Source of the DNA: Candidatus Lustribacter sp.
Lineage (GTDB): Bacteria; Vulcanimicrobiota; Vulcanimicrobiia; Vulcanimicrobiales; Vulcanimicrobiaceae
NCBI GenBank assembly: GCA_965277805.1
Contig: OZ255842.1
Location: 2,912,001-2,976,000, forward strand
DNA length: 64,000 nucleotides
Reading direction: 5' to 3'
Shown: piece after piece, positions 38,255 to 48,200 of the stretch
Layout: each line of letters begins with the position of its first letter
How positions within the stretch are numbered: the stretch's first letter is position 1
The notes under the pieces: model-generated
Told to the model about the DNA's origin: nothing
The model's input: only the letters and a program-made list of their open reading frames with translations
The model's database searches: none
Program-made: the position numbers and the translations under genes

Positions 38255-39351
38255 TGAGCCGCCTCTCTCGGGCCGGTGCTGCAGCCCTAACGGCAGCGAT
38301 CGTCCTTGCGGGATGCGGCGGCGGCGGCGGCAGCAGTGCCGCGCCGCCGAGCAACGCGCAGTCCGCGCCTACCACCATCACGAAGGTTGCTCCGCCGGCG
38401 GCAGCCGGCCGCACGTCATACGGCACGGCGAAGCTTACCCTCGCCCTGCCGAAGGCGCTCCGCGGTAGCACGACGGCAAACGTGGTACGAGCAATTCCGC
38501 ACGGGAAGGCCACCACGGCGTCAACCGGTCGCCATGCGCAATTCGTCGATCCATCTCCCGCGCCGGGCGTGGGCGTCTGTCAAGGAAACGTCATCGACAT
38601 CTATGTCGACGGCTCACTCATTCCGGCAATCGATGGCCAGGGCGAACAACCCGATTCGCTTTGCGTTCAGAGCTCGATCGACGGAACGCAGACCGTTAAC
38701 GTCCCGCTCTTCTCCAGCAGCAACAACGAAGTCGTCGTGGTTGAGTGGGATCCTTACGTTTCGAGTATCCTGGCATTGGGAGAAACGAACTACGGCAACT
38801 TCAGCCCGGGAAGTGCAGTGAATCTGACGGTGACGATGCAGGAGAACGCGCAGTACATCGGCGTCACCGATCTCAGCTTCAACGGGCCGCAGCTGATGAC
38901 GGGCGGGACGTGGTACGACCTCGTTGGATCCTGTCCGGGAACATCGCAATTCACCGCCTTTACGGCGGACTTCAACGGCGTGTTTATTCCCGTCGCGGGC
39001 TACGGTGGAACCTCGAATCCGGTTCTCACCGGAACGTCGGACAATGGCGGTACGTCCAGGCTCACGCAATCATCTGCAGCCGGCGTTTACGTCGTCTCGT
39101 GGGATTCGAATTGCGACGGCGTCGAGGCATCTGCTACGGCACCGAACCCCGTGTATTCGATCTACGGTGACGTCACTAACACCAATTACTACAACTACTA
39201 TAACGACTACCATTATTACAATGAGGTAGGTTCGCCGAACCAGGGCATTTGGAACCTGGTCTACGTGTTCAACGACACGTTGGGCCAGAATTTCTATCAG
39301 CTCAGCACCCCGACTATCAACGGCACCATCGACATCCAAAACGACGGCTAG
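38254..39351 (+). CDS. Surface lipoprotein C
   Basis: LAG-CGGGGG lipobox; RHAQFVDP; TAATG overlap with B. Confidence 0.85.
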   Translation: MSRLSRAGAAALTAAIVLAGCGGGGGSSAAPPSNAQSAPTTITKVAPPAAAGRTSYGTAKLTLALPKALRGSTTANVVRAIPHGKATTASTGRHAQFVDPSPAPGVGVCQGNVIDIYVDGSLIPAIDGQGEQPDSLCVQSSIDGTQTVNVPLFSSSNNEVVVVEWDPYVSSILALGETNYGNFSPGSAVNLTVTMQENAQYIGVTDLSFNGPQLMTGGTWYDLVGSCPGTSQFTAFTADFNGVFIPVAGYGGTSNPVLTGTSDNGGTSRLTQSSAAGVYVVSWDSNCDGVEASATAPNPVYSIYGDVTNTNYYNYYNDYHYYNEVGSPNQGIWNLVYVFNDTLGQNFYQLSTPTINGTIDIQNDG

Positions 39352-39379
39352 AAACACAACGCTCGTCACCGCCGCCGTC

Positions 39380-40849
39380 GTGGCGGCGGTGGCGCTGGCC
39401 GTATACCTCCCACAGGTACCGGCGGGCGTCGGCGTCGGCGACGAAGCGGAAGCGCAAACGGTTCCCTACATCCTCGGGATCGCGCATACACCCGGCTTTC
39501 CCGTGTTCACGCTCGCGGGCTGGCTCGCTTCACATGCCATACCGTTCGCGAGCGTTGCGTGGCGAATGAACGCTTTCAACGCGGCATGCACGGCTGCGGG
39601 CGCTGCCGGCATCGTTCTGCTCGCGGTTGAACTCGGGGCCGGGATTTTTGCGGCGGCTGCAGCGGCGTTCGTTTTCGCATTCGGCAATACGATTTGGAAC
39701 GGCGCATTGCACGTGAACGTGCAAGTGCTTGCTGCAACGTTGGGGATCTACTCCCTCTGGGCCAGCGTCAGGTTTTCGCGTGACGGCAGCACGCGCACGC
39801 TCGTCGCCGCGTGCGGGTTCTGCGGACTCGGAATCGCGGCGCATCCGGCCGTAATCTGGATCGTCCCCGGCGTGATCGTGGCTGCGCTCATACAATGGCG
39901 GTGCTTATCAGTCAAGGTCGTGGCACTCGGCGTACTGGTACTCATCGTTCCGCTCTCGTTGTATGCCTACGTTCCGCTTCGCGCGCACGTGATCGCAGCG
40001 CATGGGCTCGACCCGCTGGCCGCAGCGCCCTTCGGCGGCTTGGGTTCGTTCGACTGGAGCACAGCCACACTACAGGGTTCCGGGAGCCCCGCGCAACGTT
40101 TTGTGGGACACGGCGATGTTGCGGTCCTCCGCTCACTCGATCCGGGCCCGCTTCCCCAGGCGGCGAACACCTGGATCGCGCTCGCACTCGCGCAATACCG
40201 TCTGCTATTCTTACTGCTCACCGGCGCCGGACTCGTCGCGCTCGCGCAGAGCAATCGTCGTGCGCTGGCCGTTCTCATCGCCGGCACGCTCGGCGGAATT
40301 GCCTTCGCGTACACGTACCGCCTCGACACCCACCTGGACCGTTACCTCATCGTTTCGTTTGCGGTTACCGCAGCGGTCGCCGCGGCGAGCACGCAACTGC
40401 GTATTCCGCGCGTGCCCGATATGGCCGTGCGAACCATTACCCTCATCGCGCTCGCGTTACTTGCGGTCAATGCCGGGACGAATAATGCACCGCTGCCCCC
40501 CAGCCGCCTCGATGTTCCGGGAGAAGCGATTATCGCGGCTGCTCGCCACGACACGCCGGCAAACGCGATCGTCGTCGCGCAGTGGAACGACGCGACCGCC
40601 CTCGGATACGGCACCTTCGTCGAGCATTCGCTGGACGGGCGAACGATCGTCGATGCGTGGCCGAATCAATTCAGCAACCGCTACGAATCCTGGGCGCGCA
40701 CGCGCCCGGTCATCCTCTTCGTCAGTCCGCTAGCGGCACTCCGAATCTATCCGATGTGGGCCAATCTGCGTGAGCTCGACAGCACCCTACCCACGTACCG
40801 CGTCTTTGCGGTAGTGGCGCCGCGCCCGCACCGGCACCGCAGGCGCTAG
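39380..40849 (+). CDS. DUF2723/TMEM260-like GT-C glycosyltransferase, copy 2
   Basis: GDEAEAQTVPYILGIAHTPGFPVFTLAGWL, WRMN, YAYVPLR; multiple TM helices; start approximate. Confidence 0.8.
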   Translation: MAAVALAVYLPQVPAGVGVGDEAEAQTVPYILGIAHTPGFPVFTLAGWLASHAIPFASVAWRMNAFNAACTAAGAAGIVLLAVELGAGIFAAAAAAFVFAFGNTIWNGALHVNVQVLAATLGIYSLWASVRFSRDGSTRTLVAACGFCGLGIAAHPAVIWIVPGVIVAALIQWRCLSVKVVALGVLVLIVPLSLYAYVPLRAHVIAAHGLDPLAAAPFGGLGSFDWSTATLQGSGSPAQRFVGHGDVAVLRSLDPGPLPQAANTWIALALAQYRLLFLLLTGAGLVALAQSNRRALAVLIAGTLGGIAFAYTYRLDTHLDRYLIVSFAVTAAVAAASTQLRIPRVPDMAVRTITLIALALLAVNAGTNNAPLPPSRLDVPGEAIIAAARHDTPANAIVVAQWNDATALGYGTFVEHSLDGRTIVDAWPNQFSNRYESWARTRPVILFVSPLAALRIYPMWANLRELDSTLPTYRVFAVVAPRPHRHRRR

Positions 40850-41241
40850 TCGTCGTCGGATTCGTGCAAGTGCAGATGCGAGCCGTCTTCGGCGTCATCG
40901 AGCACTTCGCGCGCTTCGCTGAGGACGCTCGCGGGTAACGTTCCGCCGCGTTCGACCGTGCCTTCGGGCGCGAGGAAGTCGAGTTCGTCCCAGTCTTCCC
41001 ACGTTTCCAACCGCTCGGTCTCGTCGTCGACTTCGCGACCGTCTTCGTCGGGGAAGCGCACGCAGTAACCCTGGTCGATGTGCAAGCCGGTCACGAGCAC
41101 GCGCGTCCCTTGCGGGTAATACGTCCCGTCTTTCCAGAGGGTGCCGGACGTGGTGTCGTAATAGGTGCCGATGCGTATCGGTTCGATGGTTCGGTTTCTC
41201 CGTTGCGCGACGTCGTGCGCGTTGGCCGAGTGTTTCCGCAT
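40846..41241 (-). CDS. Acidic hypothetical protein
   Basis: Coding-like codon usage; ATG 41241; divergent from the NUDIX gene. Confidence 0.65.
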   Translation of the reverse strand: MRKHSANAHDVAQRRNRTIEPIRIGTYYDTTSGTLWKDGTYYPQGTRVLVTGLHIDQGYCVRFPDEDGREVDDETERLETWEDWDELDFLAPEGTVERGGTLPASVLSEAREVLDDAEDGSHLHLHESDDD

Positions 41242-41265
41242 CGCGCTCGAAATTCCCCATAACGC

Positions 41266-41817
41266 ATGAGCGATCAACCGCTGCGCCACTGGACCGTACG
41301 CTCGTCAACTTATCGCGTAAACGAGCCGTTTCTGCGCGTTCGCAGCGATACGGTCGAACTACCCGACGGTACAGTCATCGAGAACTACTTCGTGCGGGAG
41401 AGCCGCGGCTTTGCGATTGTGGCCGCGATCACGCCGGACCGCCGGATCGTCTTGGTACGCCAATATAAACACGGTATCGCGCAGATCGTGCTCGAGCTTC
41501 CGGCCGGGATGATCGACCCCGGCGAAGCGCCCGAGGCGTGCGCGATTCGTGAACTCGCCGAGGAAACCGGGTACGCGGGCGAGCCGCCACGGCTACTCCG
41601 AACGCTCTTTGCCGACCCGACCAGTTCCAACGCCAGCTTCCACGTGTTCCTGATCGAGAACGCGGTGCCGAAATTCGCCCAGTCGCTCGACACGACCGAG
41701 GCGATCGTGGTCGAAACGGTGACCATCCAGGAGCTGCACACGGCCGTCCGCGACGGACGGATCGGCTCCGGTTCGCAGGTCGCAGCGGTGTACGTCGCCT
41801 TGGATCACATTCAGTAA
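41266..41817 (+). CDS. NUDIX hydrolase (ADP-ribose pyrophosphatase-like)
   Basis: LVRQYK, ELPAGMIDPGE...AIRELAEETGY Nudix box. Confidence 0.92.
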   Translation: MSDQPLRHWTVRSSTYRVNEPFLRVRSDTVELPDGTVIENYFVRESRGFAIVAAITPDRRIVLVRQYKHGIAQIVLELPAGMIDPGEAPEACAIRELAEETGYAGEPPRLLRTLFADPTSSNASFHVFLIENAVPKFAQSLDTTEAIVVETVTIQELHTAVRDGRIGSGSQVAAVYVALDHIQ

Positions 41818-41874
41818 CGGCCCGCTCCGGCAATACGGGGAAGCGCCCGGAAGCCGTCTAATCGGGATACGGTA

Positions 41875-43872
41875 ATGAATGCCCGGTTGCAGTCGTTGGG
41901 TTTTGCCGTTGGCGGTTCACTCGCGCTGGCCGCCGTAACGGCATGCGGCGGCGGTGGGGGCGGATCCGGCGCGCCAGGCGCGCCCGTGCCCAACGTCACC
42001 AGCACCCCGGGCTCCTTCGCCCAAGGCACTGCCGGGGCGTCGATCACGCTTTCGCTACGGCAATATTCGCCGGTCGACACCTCGGCGACGAAGCGCCGCG
42101 CGGCCTACGTGTCGCCGGCCACCGCGCAGATCTCGCTGACCGTCATCTCGGTGAACGGGACGCGCGTGACCGGGACGCCCACGACGTTTCCGGTCAGCCC
42201 GACCTCGCCCGGCTGCAGCGGAACGAACGGCGTCGTGACGTGCACGCTCAACGCAAACATTCCGATCGGCAACGACGTGCTCACCGCGAGCACGCTCGAT
42301 GCGAACGGACATTCGCTCGGCACGTCGACGATCACGGCGAGCATCCAGCAAAACCTGGCGAACAGCATCGCGCTCTCGGTCGGCGGCACGATCGCGAGCC
42401 TGCAGATGTATCTTTCGCAAACGCAATTCGCATCGGGCACGCCGGGCACGGCCAACGTCATCGTGGTTCCGCTCGATCAATCGGGCGCCGAGATCGTCAA
42501 CCCGGGCAACTACAACCCGTCGATCGCGTTGACGTCGAGCAGTTCCGTGAACGGCCACGTTTCGCTGATCACCGACGGCGTGAACACCGGTCAATCCGGC
42601 ACGATCGTCAGCCCCAACGACCAAATCGTCGTCAACTACGACGGCGTCGCGACGAGCGGCGGCAGCACGATCACCGCGAACGCCGGCGGCGGCATCACCG
42701 CGAGCCGCAACGTCTCCGTGAGCTCGCCCGGACTCGGCGCGAGCCCGTCGGGCGCGCAGTTCGTTTCGTCCTCCTCCTATGTGTTTACGGCGGTCGGACA
42801 GACCGGCACGATCAACGTTTCCGGCGGCACCGCGCCCTACACCGTGGTCTCGAGCGATACCGGCGTCGCGACGATTTCCGGCACCGGACCGTTTACCGTA
42901 ACCGCCGCGGGCTACGGCACGGCGGGGACGTCGACGATCACCGTGACCGATCATGTCGGCGCGCACACCACCATTCCGGTGACGTTCATCGCGCCGGCCA
43001 TTCTACTCACCGCGAGCGTCTGCGGCGGTACGACCTGTTCCGCCGGCGGCGTTTCGTATACGGTGCCGATCGGCGGCCCCACGAGCCCGCTCTCGCCGAC
43101 GACCGTCACGGCCGTCGGCGGCACCGGAACGTACGGCTACTTCTTCATCTCGAGCGGAACGACGACCAGTCAATACGCGACGGTCTCGCAAGGCGGCAAT
43201 ACGTTCACGATCACGCCGAGCGGTTTCGGCAACGACGCGATCATCGTTACCAGCGGCAATCAGACGGCGTACTATGCGATCGTCGCGAGCGCCGACGCGT
43301 TCGGATCGACGCTGCCGGCCGCGATCGGCATGCTCTTCGAGAGCAGCGGCGGCGGCGCGAAATTCTACTCGGCAACGCTGCCCAACGCGGTCACCAATGT
43401 CACGGCTTCTCCGCTGATCAGCGGCTTCATGTTCAACGCCGGCAGCCCGCCGTCGATCGACGCAACGCCGACGAGTCCGGGCAATGGAACGTTCTCGTTT
43501 ACCAGCGGTTTCGGCACGCCGACGACGATTCCGTACACGGTCTTCGGGCTTTCGTTCGGGTCATACCAGGGCAGCGGGTTCACGCAGAGTTCGGAAATGC
43601 CGGTTCCGGCCGACGAAGCGTTCACGGCCACCGGTGAATCCGATCTGCTCACCGTGAGCGGTTTGACGGCGAACTTCAACCTCAGCGCGCAATCGGCAAA
43701 CACCAGCGTCGTAACCGCCTCCGCGGCCGCAAATCACGTCACGGTCACGTCCGTCGGTTCGGGAACGACGACCGTGCTCTTAACCGATACCGGCAACGGC
43801 GCCACCGTGACATTCACCGTGAGCGTAACGAACACGCTGATTCCAATCGCCGGTCACCTGCGGAGCCGATAA
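41875..43872 (+). CDS. Surface lipoprotein D with Ig-like (Big_2-like) repeats
   Basis: VTA-CGGGGG lipobox; KRRAAYVSPAT; repeats VSGGTAPY..SSDTGVAT, VGGTGTY, SANTSVVT..VGSGTTTV. Confidence 0.85.
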   Translation: MNARLQSLGFAVGGSLALAAVTACGGGGGGSGAPGAPVPNVTSTPGSFAQGTAGASITLSLRQYSPVDTSATKRRAAYVSPATAQISLTVISVNGTRVTGTPTTFPVSPTSPGCSGTNGVVTCTLNANIPIGNDVLTASTLDANGHSLGTSTITASIQQNLANSIALSVGGTIASLQMYLSQTQFASGTPGTANVIVVPLDQSGAEIVNPGNYNPSIALTSSSSVNGHVSLITDGVNTGQSGTIVSPNDQIVVNYDGVATSGGSTITANAGGGITASRNVSVSSPGLGASPSGAQFVSSSSYVFTAVGQTGTINVSGGTAPYTVVSSDTGVATISGTGPFTVTAAGYGTAGTSTITVTDHVGAHTTIPVTFIAPAILLTASVCGGTTCSAGGVSYTVPIGGPTSPLSPTTVTAVGGTGTYGYFFISSGTTTSQYATVSQGGNTFTITPSGFGNDAIIVTSGNQTAYYAIVASADAFGSTLPAAIGMLFESSGGGAKFYSATLPNAVTNVTASPLISGFMFNAGSPPSIDATPTSPGNGTFSFTSGFGTPTTIPYTVFGLSFGSYQGSGFTQSSEMPVPADEAFTATGESDLLTVSGLTANFNLSAQSANTSVVTASAAANHVTVTSVGSGTTTVLLTDTGNGATVTFTVSVTNTLIPIAGHLRSR

Positions 43873-45704
43873 TGTACCGCGCACTCGCGCTCGTCGCATC
43901 AATCGGCATTCTCGCCGGTTGCGGCGGCGGTGGGAGCCACGCTCTGCCGAGCCCCGCATCCGGCTCATCCGGTTCGGGCACCAAAGGCGCGCAAGCGACG
44001 GCGCGGTTCAGTTTGACGATCCCGAACGCGAGTGCGGCACCCGCCGGCGCGCGCCGGGCGCAGTTCGTCTCGCCGTCGACGCTCTCCGGAACGATCGCGG
44101 TCAACGCCGGACCGGTAACCGAACTCGACCTCAGCCTCGCGAGCCCGAACTGTACGACGATTATTAACGGACGCAGTTGTTTGATCAGCGTCGCCGCCCC
44201 GATCGGCGCTTCCGACACCTTCACGCTGGTGCTCTACAACGGGTCGTTTACCAGCGGTATGCATACCGGTACCGCGCTATCGGGCGCGTCGAACTTCACC
44301 GCGGCGGTAACCGAAGGCGTCTCGAATATCACGACGCCGCTGATCCTCGGTGGAATTCCGAAATCGGTCGACGTCGTCATCAACGGGACGCTTACTGCGG
44401 GCACGCCCACGACGGTTCCGGTTGTGATCACCGCTTACGACGCGAGCAACAACGTGATCGTCGGCGCCGCGACCTTCGCCGACGCAACCGGCGCTGCCGC
44501 GCCGCTCACCCTCTCGCTAGGGACGCCGCAACAAGTGCTGCTCCACGACGGGGCTCAGGCCGCAACGAGCATCACCGTTGCGGGACCGGCCGATGCCGTC
44601 ACGTTGCAACTCCAAGCGCCGGCCAACGTGCTAGGCACGTATGTGTCGGTGAAGAATAGTTCGAGCCAAACGCTACCTGCGTTCAACCTGACGCGTTTCG
44701 TCGCGCTGAGCGGCACGTTGAACTCGACGCAGCTCGCGGCGTCGCTTACCTTCTTTCCGGATGACGTCTACTTCGCGCCGTCCGACAGCACGCTCGTCTC
44801 CGGCGTGCCGAACGGCTTCGCGTTCTCGTACACGACGGCGAGCGGCGGCGGATATCTCGGCTACTTCAACAGCGCGAACGAGGGTCTCTTATACTGTAGC
44901 GTCGTGAGCGGATTCACGCTCGGTATCGGTTCGATAACGAACGGCATCGTCAGCGCCTTCAATGGGGCCGATAACGTCGCGTCGCCCCCGACGGGGCTCG
45001 TCTATTACCCGCTGGGACAACTCACCAATACCGGGCCTGCGTGCGCGGGCGGCACGCCGTACACGAGCCCGGCGGGAGGTTTCGCCAAATCGCTCGCCTT
45101 CGATCCGAGCGGCAGCCAAGTTTTCGAAGGCGACAACAACGGCGACCTCGACGTCGATACGTTTACCGGACCGTCGACGCTCAGCGGTAACGCCGTCGTG
45201 CAGAACTACGGCGCGAACCACCCGCACGACTTGATCGCGCTCCAGGGAAGCCTCTACTTTCTCACCGGCACCACCAACAACACGCTCGACGGTCTCAACC
45301 CGACGATCGCCGCGACGGCGGGCAGCGACCACCTCACGTCGTTGCGCAACGGGCAAGACGGCCGCATCTATGCCCTCGGCGCTGCCAACAAACAAGTGTG
45401 GGTGTACAACGGCTCGCCTTCGATGCAGCAATACACGGCGGCGAACGCGTTCACGATCACGCCCTCGACGCAGCCGAACAACCTCGCGATCGGTCCGGAC
45501 GGCAGCGCCTACACGACGGACGGAGCCTCAACGATTCAAGGGGTCACGTCCGGCGGCGCCGCTTCGACGCTCGTCATCCCGCCGCCGGGCGGCAACATTG
45601 GATACCTCACGGGAATCTTCGACGGCCGCAACGGCTACTTGTATGCGGCCTACGACGACGGGCTCCACGCCGGTCACGAGTATTTCTATCGTATCTCGTA
45701 CTGA
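43872..45704 (+). CDS. Surface lipoprotein E with C-terminal beta-propeller-like domain
   Basis: LAG-CGGGG lipobox; RRAQFVSPST; blade-like motifs LAFDPSG, GQDGRIY, IGPDGSAY, GRNGYLY. Confidence 0.82.
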   Translation: MYRALALVASIGILAGCGGGGSHALPSPASGSSGSGTKGAQATARFSLTIPNASAAPAGARRAQFVSPSTLSGTIAVNAGPVTELDLSLASPNCTTIINGRSCLISVAAPIGASDTFTLVLYNGSFTSGMHTGTALSGASNFTAAVTEGVSNITTPLILGGIPKSVDVVINGTLTAGTPTTVPVVITAYDASNNVIVGAATFADATGAAAPLTLSLGTPQQVLLHDGAQAATSITVAGPADAVTLQLQAPANVLGTYVSVKNSSSQTLPAFNLTRFVALSGTLNSTQLAASLTFFPDDVYFAPSDSTLVSGVPNGFAFSYTTASGGGYLGYFNSANEGLLYCSVVSGFTLGIGSITNGIVSAFNGADNVASPPTGLVYYPLGQLTNTGPACAGGTPYTSPAGGFAKSLAFDPSGSQVFEGDNNGDLDVDTFTGPSTLSGNAVVQNYGANHPHDLIALQGSLYFLTGTTNNTLDGLNPTIAATAGSDHLTSLRNGQDGRIYALGAANKQVWVYNGSPSMQQYTAANAFTITPSTQPNNLAIGPDGSAYTTDGASTIQGVTSGGAASTLVIPPPGGNIGYLTGIFDGRNGYLYAAYDDGLHAGHEYFYRISY

Positions 45705-46722
45705 CGCGCCGGCAACGCCGACCGTCTCGGTCGTCATTCCGCTGCGGACGGCCGGGCCGAATCTGCGTGAGTGCCTCGCACACCTCACCCGTCAGACATA
45801 CCGGAACTTCGACATCTACGTTGTGCCGGATGCGCCGCTGACGCTCGGCGATGCACGATTGCACGTCATCGCCTCGGGACCCGTGCTGCCGAATCGTAAG
45901 CGCCAGATCGCCGCGGAAGCGAGTACCGCGGACATTCTCGCCTTCATCGACGACGACGCATACCCCGATCCGAATTGGCTCACCAACGCCGTGCGGCATT
46001 TCGACGACCCGAACGTCGTCGGTGCGGGCGGCCCCGCCGTAACCGCATCCAGCGATTCACCCCGGGAACGCGCGAGCGGTGCGATCTTCTCATCGGCACT
46101 CGTCACCGCTACGACGCGCCACCGCTACGTTGCGGAAGCGCAGCGCGACGTCGGGGCGCTGGCCTCGTGCAATCTGCTCGTGCGACGCGAAGCGTTTCTG
46201 CGCGATGCTGAGGCGAGCGTGCGCTACTGGCCGGGTGAAGACATTTTACTGTGCATGTTCGCCGCGCGTGACGGCGCGCGTATCGTCTACGACCCGACCG
46301 CGCTCGTCTACCACCACCGGCGCGCCGTCTTCGCCGGACATCTGCGCCAGGTGTGGGCCTACGGACGCTTCCGCGGCTTCTTCTTACGGCGTTTGAGCAC
46401 GTCGCGCAGCGATGCCGCGTATGCCGCGCCGGCAACGTTCGTGCTCGGACACGCGTTGCTGCTCGCAGCCCTCAGCCGGCCGCGCTGGCGCTTCGCCGGC
46501 GGCTTCATCGTCGGCGTGTATGCGGCGCTCGTCGCGTGGGAAGCGGTGCGCACGGCGCGTACCGAACGCGCCGATCCGTGGCTCGTCGCCGCCGGCATCT
46601 ACCTCACGCATTTCACCTATGGTCTCGGAACGATCGTCGGGTGGCTGCGCGGCTCGGCGATGTGGCCGCAATCAGCCGCTGTAACGCAAGCGGACGCGCA
46701 AGCCGAACAGCCGCCGGGCTAA
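45643..46722 (+). CDS. GT2 glycosyltransferase with C-terminal TM helices; start uncertain
   Basis: VSVVIP, LAFIDDDA, GEDILL, QVWAYGR. Confidence 0.85.
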   Translation: MRPTTTGSTPVTSISIVSRTDAPATPTVSVVIPLRTAGPNLRECLAHLTRQTYRNFDIYVVPDAPLTLGDARLHVIASGPVLPNRKRQIAAEASTADILAFIDDDAYPDPNWLTNAVRHFDDPNVVGAGGPAVTASSDSPRERASGAIFSSALVTATTRHRYVAEAQRDVGALASCNLLVRREAFLRDAEASVRYWPGEDILLCMFAARDGARIVYDPTALVYHHRRAVFAGHLRQVWAYGRFRGFFLRRLSTSRSDAAYAAPATFVLGHALLLAALSRPRWRFAGGFIVGVYAALVAWEAVRTARTERADPWLVAAGIYLTHFTYGLGTIVGWLRGSAMWPQSAAVTQADAQAEQPPG

Positions 46723-47631
46723 CGCTCGCAAACGCGCCTTCAGCGGTGACGGAAACGCGTACGGAATACGCGCCCGCTCGAGATGCCCGCGCTCGATCAA
46801 ATCAGCGGCGTAGGCTTCGAGCAGCGCTCGCAACCGCGGATGTTCGCTCGGCCGGATGCGTACGGGCAGCGCGCACAACCGGTCCGGGCGACGCGGATCG
46901 AAACCGCTGAAATGAAAGAACACCACCGGCTCGCCCGTGCGCAGCCGTAGCTCGTCACCGCTGTCGAGCATGCGCGCAGACAGATTCCAATACGCGACGT
47001 TACAACCGCGATGGCGTACGATATGCGTACGCTCGAAAATGCCGGGCACGAGATCGATCCAGCGCTGATCGACAAACAGACCGGACTGCACGTCGACCCG
47101 GCAAAACGCGGCCAGCCGCGCACTCCACCAATCCAACATCGCGCGCGCGTTGGCCGTATTCGCAACGCCGATGCAGCCGAGGTTGTACACGCCGGTCCGC
47201 AAAATCGCAAGCTCGATGCCCACCCGTCCGTCGATCGGGCCGGCATCGGTCGCGTGCGGGGTGAGTACGATGTCGTTGGACGCGAGCGGCTCGATCAGCG
47301 GAGTCAGCGGCGCGAAAACCTGAATGTCGGAGTCGAAATATACGACGCGATCGTAGCCCCGATCGAGTAGGTGCCGCACGAGCGCTGGCTTTATCGCCGT
47401 GGAGAGCTCGTTCGCGTCGTAGCTGCGCACCAACTCGTCGTAGTCTGACGGTGGAAATACAGCGGCCGGTCGCACGATCGTGCCCTCCGAAAGCGTTTCC
47501 ACCCTATCGACGTCATCGACGACGAAAGCAAAACGATCGCAATCCGGTTCGAACGTCGCCACGGACGCGAGCAACAATCGCACTTTCGCGAAATAATTTC
47601 GCGTGGCGATCGTACAGACGGCGATTCGCAT
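46672..47631 (-). CDS. GT-A fold glycosyltransferase (GT8-like)
   Basis: CTIATRNY, ELSTAIKP, YFDSDI, LTPH, YNLG, DQRWIDL, NVAYWNL, FFHFSG. Confidence 0.85.
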   Translation of the reverse strand: MRIAVCTIATRNYFAKVRLLLASVATFEPDCDRFAFVVDDVDRVETLSEGTIVRPAAVFPPSDYDELVRSYDANELSTAIKPALVRHLLDRGYDRVVYFDSDIQVFAPLTPLIEPLASNDIVLTPHATDAGPIDGRVGIELAILRTGVYNLGCIGVANTANARAMLDWWSARLAAFCRVDVQSGLFVDQRWIDLVPGIFERTHIVRHRGCNVAYWNLSARMLDSGDELRLRTGEPVVFFHFSGFDPRRPDRLCALPVRIRPSEHPRLRALLEAYAADLIERGHLERARIPYAFPSPLKARLRALARRLFGLRVRLRYSG

Positions 47632-47641
47632 CGCCGGTTTA

Positions 47642-47818
47642 TTAGGCTAGGGCGCTGATGTGTCCGCCGAGGCCGATCGAGCTGAACAGCGTCGCCATCT
47701 GCGCCGCTTCGGCGTTCTCGGTTTGGTTGATGATCGAAACGGCGATCGACGCTTGGGGTCCGCCCGCGCTCAATGCGGAAACGGCGGTGTCGATAGCTCC
47801 GGTGCTGCCCATAGGCAT
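47642..47818 (-). CDS. Small YjfB-like (putative motility) protein
   Basis: IAVSII...AAQMATLFSSIGLGGHISALA resembles the YjfB C-terminus. Confidence 0.45.
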   Translation of the reverse strand: MPMGSTGAIDTAVSALSAGGPQASIAVSIINQTENAEAAQMATLFSSIGLGGHISALA

Positions 47819-47894
47819 ATTGTGCCCCGCCGGGGCGGGAAAGGCAAGCCGGAACGGCATGACGCGCATCACCATCCGGTGAAGGGTCGCCCCG

Positions 47895-48200
47895 ATGAAC
47901 CTGTTCTACGTCGCCGTCGACGTTGCGGTCGCCATCTTAGCGATACGCTCGCTGGCCGTTCTCGGCACGCGAGCGCCGTGGACCAGCATCGGCTGGGTCG
48001 CCACGGCCGGTTACGGCCTCGCCGCCGGCTGGCGGTACGCCCACGACGGCCCGGTGCCGGGCATCGGCCTCGTGACGTCCGGCTGCTTCATCGTCCTGAC
48101 GGCCGCCTTCATCGTTGGGGTGGTGCGCGACGAACCCCAGGCCGAACCGTTGCTGTGGCCGACGCGCGTCGGCCCTACGCGGGCCGAGAAGCGCCGCTGA
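47895..48200 (+). CDS. Small membrane protein
   Basis: Three hydrophobic segments. Confidence 0.65.
   Translation: MNLFYVAVDVAVAILAIRSLAVLGTRAPWTSIGWVATAGYGLAAGWRYAHDGPVPGIGLVTSGCFIVLTAAFIVGVVRDEPQAEPLLWPTRVGPTRAEKRR

Noticed and set aside
39178-39351. Possible DGR variable or template repeat
   Set aside because: No reverse transcriptase and no second near-identical copy is visible in the window.
41943-43637. 564-aa Arg-rich ORF overlapping lipoprotein D, and many similar long shadow ORFs
   Set aside because: These are off-frame or antisense artefacts of high GC3; they have no motifs and overlap well-supported genes.
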